In this document: positions 28,701 to 37,700 of the stretch, piece by piece | How the letters are laid out: the number at the start of each line of letters is the position of its first letter | How positions within the stretch are numbered: the stretch's first letter is position 1 | NCBI GenBank assembly: GCA_903813345.2 | Contig: CAIIXF020000001.1 | Span: 23,498,001-23,562,000, forward strand | DNA: 64,000 nucleotides | Reading direction: 5' to 3' | Source: Owenia fusiformis | Lineage: Eukaryota | Made by a program: the position numbers and the translations under genes | Notes under the pieces: generated by a model | Databases searched by the model: none | Seen by the model: the letters and a program-made list of their open reading frames with translations, nothing else | Told to the model about the DNA's origin: nothing

Positions 28701-31700
28701 TCGGAAGGATCTGTGTCACTGTCAAGTGATGGTACCAATTCAAAGCCAATTAAGATTCTTAGAGACACGGGTGCATCTCAGACTTTGTTGTTAGAAGGTG
28801 TCCTTCCTTTATCTGAGGAGTCATTCACAGGAACCCATATTTTGATGCAAGGCATTGAATTAGGATTTACTAAAGTTCCCCTCCATCGTATTCATATCAC
28901 ATCAGAGTTAGTCAAAGGGCCAGTTATTGTTGGTGTTAGGCCACAACTTCCTGTTGAAGGAGTCGCATTGCTATTAGGCAATGATTTAGCTGGGGGTAAG
29001 GTATCATTAGACCCCATTGTTTCGGATCAGCCTTGTTCTACTGAGGATTCTGTCCAAGAGGACTCTGATATATATCCTGCTTGTGCTGTTACTAGGGCTA
29101 TGGCTAAAAAGTTAGCTAATAGCGGGGATTCGTCTGTGGGAGATGACTTTGATAGTGGGTTTTTAAGCTCCTTGTTTGATGATGAATGTCACTCACCACT
29201 TGTTAAAGATGATCCTTATCCTATTTTAAAGGCAAATTCTTCATTGAAACAGCCTTCTGTTCAAGTCAAGCAGTCATCTATTAAGGCAAATTCTTCATTG
29301 AAAAAGCCTATTGCCAGAGGTGATTCACCTTCTGAGCAGGATCACTATTTTAATGCGGTTTCGCCCGCTCTTGCTAGTACTGATGAAGTTTCATCTTCTT
29401 CTGCTAGTGTTCATGAGGTTTCATCCCCTCCTTGTTCTGAGGTTTCATCCTCTTCTAGTTCTGAGGTTTCATCCTCTATTTCTGATAGTGATTCTTTGAA
29501 AAATGATCCTCATTCTAAACACATGTTAATTTATGAACAAGAGCATGATCCATCACTCATTGATCTTCATAAAAGATGTCTTACTATTGATGAAGCTGAC
29601 AAGGTCCCTGTTTGTTTCTACAAAAAGGATGGCATATTAATGCGAAAGTGGAGACCTCCTGAAGCTTCCCCTGAAGACGATTGGGCAATTGTACATCAAA
29701 TTGTTGTCCCAAAATCATATCATAAGGAAATCTTGAGTCTAGCTCATGATTCTCCCATGGCAGGTCATTTAGGAGTAACTAAAACATACCATAAAATACT
29801 CAATCATTTCTATTGGCCCAAATTAAAACAAGATGTCCAAGAGTATTGTAGGTCTTGTCATACATGTCAAATGGTAGGGAAACCTAACCAGAAAATTCCA
29901 ACTGCTCCTTTACACCCTATACCTGCATTCGATGAACCATTTAGTAAGGTTCTTATTGACTGTGTTGGTCCATTACCAAAAACAAAATCTGGTAATCAAT
30001 ATTTACTCACTATTCTTTGTATGGCCACACGGTTTCCAGAAGCGATTCCACTTAGAAATATCAAAGCCAAAAACATAGTGAAATCACTCATCAAATTTTT
30101 CACCTTAGTTGGACTACCAAAAGATCTTCAGTCTGATCAGGGCTCAAATTTTATGTCAGGCTTATTCCAACAAGTCATGGATACCTTGGGTATCAAACAG
30201 TGTAAGTCAAGTGCCTATCACCCAGAGTCTCAAGGAGCTCTTGAGCGTTACCATCAGACGCTTAAGACCATGATTAGAGCTTTCTGTTTTGAATATGAGA
30301 AAGACTGGGATGAGGGCATACCATTGCTTCTGTTTGCTACCAGAGAGGCTAAGCAAGAATCTTTAGGGTTCAGTCCATTTGAGCTGGTATTTGGTCATTC
30401 TGTGCGTGGTCCACTTAAATTGCTCAAAGAAAAGTGGCTTTCGGAAACTGAAAAGTTTAATTTGTTGAACTATGTCACTGGGTTTAAAGAGCGCCTATCA
30501 AAGGCTTGTGAAATAGCCAAAGAGAATTTGCTAAATAGCCAAGATAAAATGAAAACTTGGTATGACAGAAAAGTCAAAGAAAGATCTTTCCAGCCAGGTG
30601 ACAAAGTTCTTATATTGTTGCCACTTCAGACAAATCCATTACAAGCAAAATTCTATGGTCCTTATGTAGTGGATTCCAAGGTCAATGACCTCAATTATAT
30701 TGTCAAAACTCCAGATAGGCGCAAAGAAACACAATTATGTCACATCAATATGATGAAAAGGTACTTTGAGCCAGACAAAGAGCATGACTCAATTAAACCT
30801 GTAGTCACTTTGGCACCTGCCCTTGTAAAAGAAACTGATCTACACGATTCAGATGATACCAATTGTACTGATTTAGACTATGAAGATATCAAAGGTTTGT
30901 CTAGGTTAAAGAACTCTGAAGTATTATCAAATCTAGATCATAAATTGCATCATGTGACAAATGATCAAAAACAGCAAGTCACAAAATTAATTCATGAGTT
31001 CACTGATATCTTCTCTGATGTACCGACTAAGACATCTATAGCTTATCATGATGTTGAAGTCCAAGATGTAACCCCTATTAAGCAACATGCCTATAGAGTA
31101 AATCCATCAAAATCTGAAGATTTGAGAGCTGAGGTCAATTATATGTTAGAAAATGACATAATTGAAAAGAGCAATAGCCCTTGGAGTTCACCTGCTTTCA
31201 TTGTTCCAAAATCAAATGGTGGACGTAGGCTAGTAGTTAATTATATCAAGGTGAATCGAGTAACAAAGACCGATTCTTATCCCATACCACGAATTGACGA
31301 CTGTATTGACAAAATTGGAACTGCCAAATATGTCAGTAAATTTGATCTCCTCAAAGGATTCCTAGGGGTTCCATTAACTGAAAGAGCAAAACAGGTATCT
31401 GCCTTTGTTACTCCTGATGGTTTGTACCAATTTAAAGTTATGCCATTTGGTATGAAAAATGCACCTGCCACATTTCAAAGAATGATGAATGGCTTATTAG
31501 CAGATCTCAAAAACACTGGTGTTTACATCGATGATGTAATTGTCTATTCTGACACTTTTCATGAACACATGTGTTTGCTGCGTAAGTTGTTTGAAAGAAT
31601 CTCTCTGGCCAATTTAACCATCAATTTGGCTAAGAGTGAATTTTGTAAAGCCACAGTTGAATATCTGGGCCATGTGGTAGGTCAAGGACAGGTCAAACCA

Positions 31701-34700
31701 GTGAGTGCCAAAGTGGAATCAATTACACAACTCCCAGCTCCTACTAACAAGAAAGAATTAATGAGAAGTCTTGGAATGGCTGGCTTTTATAGGAAGTTTT
31801 GTCCAAATTTCTCTTCAATTGCTCTTCCATTGACCGATTTACTTGGAAAAAACATCAAATATGTATGGTCTGAGCAATGTCATACAGCCTTTGATAAAAT
31901 CAAGGCCATACTAAGTGAACAACCAGTGCTTGTTGCACCTGATTTTAGCAAGCCATTCAAGATTCAAGTAGATGCTTCTGATGTAGGAATGGGAGCTGTC
32001 CTATTACAAGAAAAGGATGGTATTGATCATCCAGTCTGTTACTTTTCAAAGAAATTTGATAAACATCAGAAAAACTACTCCACCATAGAAAAGGAATGTC
32101 TAGCATTACTTCTGTCATTACAGCATTTTGAAGTATATGTTAGTTCACCAGTTCATGCAGTTACTGTATTTACTGACCATAATCCGCTGACATTCCTTCA
32201 TAGAATGAAGAACAAGAATCGTAGATTGTTGAGGTGGAGTCTGTTATTGTCAGAGTACAATCTTGACATAAGACACATCAAAGGCAAGGATAATTTAATT
32301 GCTGACACTCTTTCAAGAGTGTAATGTCTCTATTTTTAAGAGGCTATTTGACTTATACTGCATTTGCCTAAGGCTTTGTGTTGGTATAATAAAAGGATTG
32401 TACTTAGAGTGTGATTTGATAATATTATTGTAATATGTTTTTTATTGTATTTGAATATTGTAAACAAATGTTATGTAAGTCTCAACCTCATCTTTAAAAA
32501 ATTGTAACCCTCGCTACACCAGATATTTTTGTAAAAGTTTTTCATTGTATTCAAAACTTTTCTTTTAAGGAGGGAGGTGTTACAGTATTATATTCTATTA
32601 TATTCACATTAAGTTTAGTTTATCAATATGCATATACTGTAACTGATCTTCATTAAAGATCTTAGGTCAAGGTCACAATGACATTATATCTTGTAAACAA
32701 AACTGAACTGAATGACTCATTAACCCTTGACCATCCAGAGAGTTCTAGAAAATATAATCATTCATTAAGATTTAATCATGTGACTGGAGATGTCCAATCA
32801 AAACTCAACAAGTAGTCTCAGTTCCAGAAGATTCTTTCTAGATGATTCTTTCACACTATAAATAAAACTGCAAAGTGGACTCAATAGCAGATAATTAAGA
32901 AATCATAACTGGACATCTCAAAGGAACTAAATAAAGCAGAATTTCAAAGTTTATCAAAAGGACATCTTCTTAGCAGATAATTACTGTGGGAACATTTATA
33001 ACACTATAAACATACAACCTGAGGACTTTATATGGACATATATTACAACACACACTATATACGGATTATCATATACATTCGTGGATTATCATAAACATTT
33101 GTGGATTATCATCAAACATTATTGTATACGAACATTATAGGATTACAACGAACATTATTGGATTATTACAAACATTGGAGAACTATTAACGATTATTGAA
33201 ACTTTCGTGATCTGGAACATTCTCAAGGATCGTCAAGGATATTTATCGACATCAAGAAATAGCCGTATCATTGATTGGACATCACTTAAGTATTAAACCT
33301 CCTTTATATCATTGCTATATTATTTAGTTTTCAAAATATAAATATATTGTTATCATATTTTAATTGCTGTTTTTACTTTCTGTTATTTTCGAACGTAACA
33401 GTTATTGTACAGATCCCTACGGTAAACATAAATCCCCAATGGGTATGTTCATGTATCAATTTCCTTTGTTGAATTGATACCGTTGGTGCTGTCATCATTG
33501 ATTGTTATGTTGGGATCATTTGTTCCTATAGTATCTTCGAAAATTCAACGATTTATTCGAAAATAAAAACAAAAAACATTTTAGAAATGTCAATAGTCCA
33601 CTCCATACATGACATGTACTGAAGTTACCTAAAATCAGTAACAGACAACAAACAATGAAAGAGGTCGAAACTACACTTCCACCCAAAGGGCAGGAAACAA
33701 AATCTCAACAAATCTCAACAAATGATATCTAGAGATGATGTAATTCATGTTAATCATCATTGTATTTCAGTCTTGCCCTATTCTGCACCAGTCTTCTTCG
33801 AAAGATACTTAAGAAGAGAGAAAACATCTCGATCATATATGCCACTGATTCTGGAAAATCTGAACGATATGCAAAGATTGTCGGGAAGGTGTTTGCCAAT
33901 AGGTTCAATACAAGCGTGAGTCCATATTAGTATCTTAAGCACAACGAATGGTACACTCCCCTCCAGCTTCATAAGTTTGAGAACTGGATGCCCTTTTGAA
34001 TCATGTATCAGAACTTTTTTATGTTTGGCAATCAAAGAGTACCATAACTTATGGAGAGGGTGTATCTAGAATACATTAAAGGCATCAATACAATAATTCT
34101 ATTCCATAAAAACAGCCTGAAGCATATTGGATACAGTTAATTGCCTATATACAGGGTGTCAAATAAGACCCGCTGTAGCAGGGGGCGGGACTTAGTTGAC
34201 ACACTGTATATTTGCCAGACCCTGAGAGAATTTTATTTCACATTTACCAGAAGAATATAGATATATTCAAACTTACCACATCGTTGCTATGTAATGGTGA
34301 AATTGTTGATGGCAATAAAAAACCATATATTTGCAAATGTAAAATTAAGATTTAAAGAGCAACATTATGTACTTACGGTAATTAACATTATACCCAATTG
34401 TTGCTCTGGTAGTTTTACTGTTTTTTTCTCCAGGTGACGTGTATGAACCAGAAGTCAGTTGAGGAACTGGCAGGAGAAAAGATGGTTATTCTAGTCTCAA
34501 GTACTGCAGGTGATGGCGACCCTCCACAAAATGGCAAGGTAGGACATAACACTGGTGAAGTAGATAAGGGGGATGGGGAGGGGTCCAGGATCTTGTTTTA
34601 AAGCTATTTTTTAAAGTTTCAATTATATATATTTATCTTTGCAACTATATTTTAGTAGACCTAGAGTAGATAAACCAACAGTATCATGATATATTGTTTT

Positions 34701-37700
34701 CAAAATTCACTTTACTTCAGCAAATGTTTGATGAGATGAAAATGCTGTCCGAGGCCAACAGTGGAAAACTTTTGGATGGTGTTAAGTACAGTGTGTTTGC
34801 TCTCGGGAGTACAGCCCATATACAGTACTGCAAGTGCGGTAGGGAATTTGACAATATGCTTTCAAAACTAGGTGCCTCAAGAGTTCATCCTAGAGGAGAG
34901 GGGGACGAACTCTACAACGAAGAAGATTCTTTCTGGTCATGGCTCAAACCTCTCTTCAAAGTAAGCGAAGACAAAGTCACAAGTCCAACGAAAGCCAAGG
35001 CAAACCATATATAACGTGCTCCATATTTGTCTATAATTCCCCAATTCAATGATGTCACACCCTCTTTATATCTATTTATTATGAACTAACCTCCAACCAA
35101 ATCAATTGACTAGATTTATACTTAAGAGCCCTTAGTGCAGAATTTCATTCTGTGTTTTCATTAACATCATGATATGTGTTGCAGAAAGCATGTGATATAT
35201 TCAATGTGCAACGTCCTGTGCTGGAAAGTCTTGAGGATGTGCCGATATTGACACAGAACTACAAGCTCTTGACGAAGACAAAGTCTGTTGGGCTCGTTGA
35301 AGGATTAAGTCTACTCAGCAAGAAAAATGTTGTGTCTACCAAAATATCTAGTCGTCGTTTTCTAAGTGGAAAAGGAGCTCTGTAAGTTCTTTTTCATTTC
35401 TCACTGACTTAAAATGGATGGAATCTCAACATACATTAATCTATTAATATTGAGTATTTATTCCTTGATTTGAACAATGTTTATGGCACTTGTTGGTCTT
35501 CTTGACACAGAGGTAAAACATATAAAGTTAAGTGTTGTGTCCCACGGGTCTCGTTATAAGGTCCTCTTTTATCTTGTAGAGCATTCACATATATCGTTAA
35601 TTGAATAACATGAATGATATAATCTAGCATCTTTTCCACTCTTTGTTTTACAGGACCAGAGTTATCCAAGTAGTGTTTTCTGTAGAAGGGGACAATAACA
35701 ATTCAGATTTATCATACTCACCGGGTGATCACGTGGCTGTATTTCCACAGAACACAAGGGGTTCCATTGCCAGGATACTAGCCAAGGTCGATGCAGAGAC
35801 TACGATGCCTCTACAGGTGATCACTGGAGATGGAGAAGGTATGTACATATTGGTGTACTTCAAAACACAGAGGTCTCTGTTGCTAGGATACTACCGTATC
35901 AGATTTGATTTTTTGATTGACAAGGTATAAAATGGTTGATTTTATTGAAGGTCAAACTGTTAAACAAGTATGGGATACTAGTCAAAAGTGATAAAGAGAC
36001 TTCAATACCCCCGCGGGTAGTCACTAGGAAGGACAGGGAATGTATATATATTTTACATCATTTTTGGTTTTATTCTATATTGTAGAGGTCATGCCAGTAT
36101 GTACCATAAAGGAAGCATTGCAGAGCTATCTTGATATTGCTACTGCTATGTCAAGAGAAAACCTCAAACGTCTAGTGAAAATGGAGATGTCAGACAAAGA
36201 CAGGCAGAAGATAGCAAACCTAATTGAGGTAGGGATGCAAAGAGACAAAATACCTTGAAGGAATACCAGTAGTGTATATCTAATTTGGAAATCCAAATTA
36301 CCCTGCGTTTCTATTTCATAATGATCTGAAACTTACACCATCAATAAACATCAAACCTTGAAAAAAGATTGGTTACCTTTTTGGCAGTATGTCAAGATCC
36401 AAATTCAATTTCACCTGTATAATTACAGAAAAATACCAAAGTCTATCATTGTTGTAAGTTACATCATTATCACGGTGTTATAGCATGACGGTTACGACAC
36501 CTTTGAAAACGAGGTTAGACGACTACGATCACTGATTTATCCAATAAAATGGCCGCGATGGAACAGAAAACTAAGGTTGGTGCAGTATTTTCTTCTACTG
36601 TGTATCAATGAAAGGATGAACGATTTTTGTAGACATCGCATTTGGTGATGCATTTAAATTTAGTAAAGTATATTTTGAACGTATTCTTTGCAAATTGATG
36701 CCCGGGGATAACATGAAATAAGCGAAAAACTGTTGAGTTTTAATGTACATCTAATACAATGCGTTACCGTCCATAGAATTCATACGTAGTCGTCTAACGA
36801 CATTGCGTTTGAAACCTTATTATTTACAATATGACCACGTTGCTGTTCTGGATTTGTCATTTTATGGCTTGTTTATACACAGTTTACTTACTGTTAATAG
36901 TTTGAGTGGCTCCGAGGCTTGGACATCTCAGTCGGTAAGTTTACACCTTATATTCCTCTTCTAGTAAACCACCTGGCAGATTTGACCCAGTCTTTATAAC
37001 CATCTATATATACGTCACCAAATGGAACTAGTTAAAAAGGAAATCTTATCTGTGAATCTTGCCTACAGGCGAGAAAGAGGACATGGTGTCTTTCCCATCC
37101 GCCATTTTTTGTTATCGTTACCGCAAAATTTTGCAAATCGCCTTGTCGTAAGCGTCATGCTATAACACCGTGATTATTGTACATTTAAAAGAAGTTGAGT
37201 TGATTCAGCAACAGAAAATGACCATTTAATTCTGAACTTATTTACTAATTTTGCATTTTCTTTAAAACATTTGGATGTAATTTTAGGATAACTCAACTCC
37301 GTGTACTCATACACTGGGAGATTTAACTGTGATGTGCCCATCTATGCGACTGGACGCCACGTTTCTAATGACGTCGCTGCCACGTCTTCAGCCACGTGTG
37401 TACTCCATTAGTAACGTACAGGAGCAACACCCGAACGAGATCCACGTCACGGCTACGATCGTAGAATACAGGTCACAAGGTAAGTCCATGGTTCATTTAA
37501 TACCTGGGGAATGGGGAATACGGGGGAGTGAGGTACGGATGCGTATGATGCATCCAATATATTTGAAAACTGACATGTGCCAAAATGCCTAGGCCTGGGT
37601 TAGACTATATTTCACGAATGAATTATTAAATATGACATCACAAACTTAAGTTTCTGATTTATTCCAGATGGAGTTATTCACAATGGGGTGTGCACATCAT

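Larger units (their letters stand above)
26359..33400 (+). mobile_element. Full-length Ty3/Gypsy LTR retrotransposon of Gmr1-like organisation in NOS intron 10
   Basis: LTRs 26359-27181 and 32578-33400 (TGTTAC...GTAACA), GTTA TSD on both sides (26355-26358, 33401-33404), PBS, PPT and one uninterrupted gag-pol ORF. Confidence 0.97.

Noticed and set aside
28285-29499. Overlapping alternative-frame ORFs (169 aa and 62 aa) inside gag-pol
   Set aside because: They are shadows of low-complexity Ser-rich coding sequence with no recognisable motifs.
32325-32577. env-like gene in the retrotransposon
   Set aside because: Only about 250 bp of AT-rich sequence lies between the pol stop and the 3' LTR.
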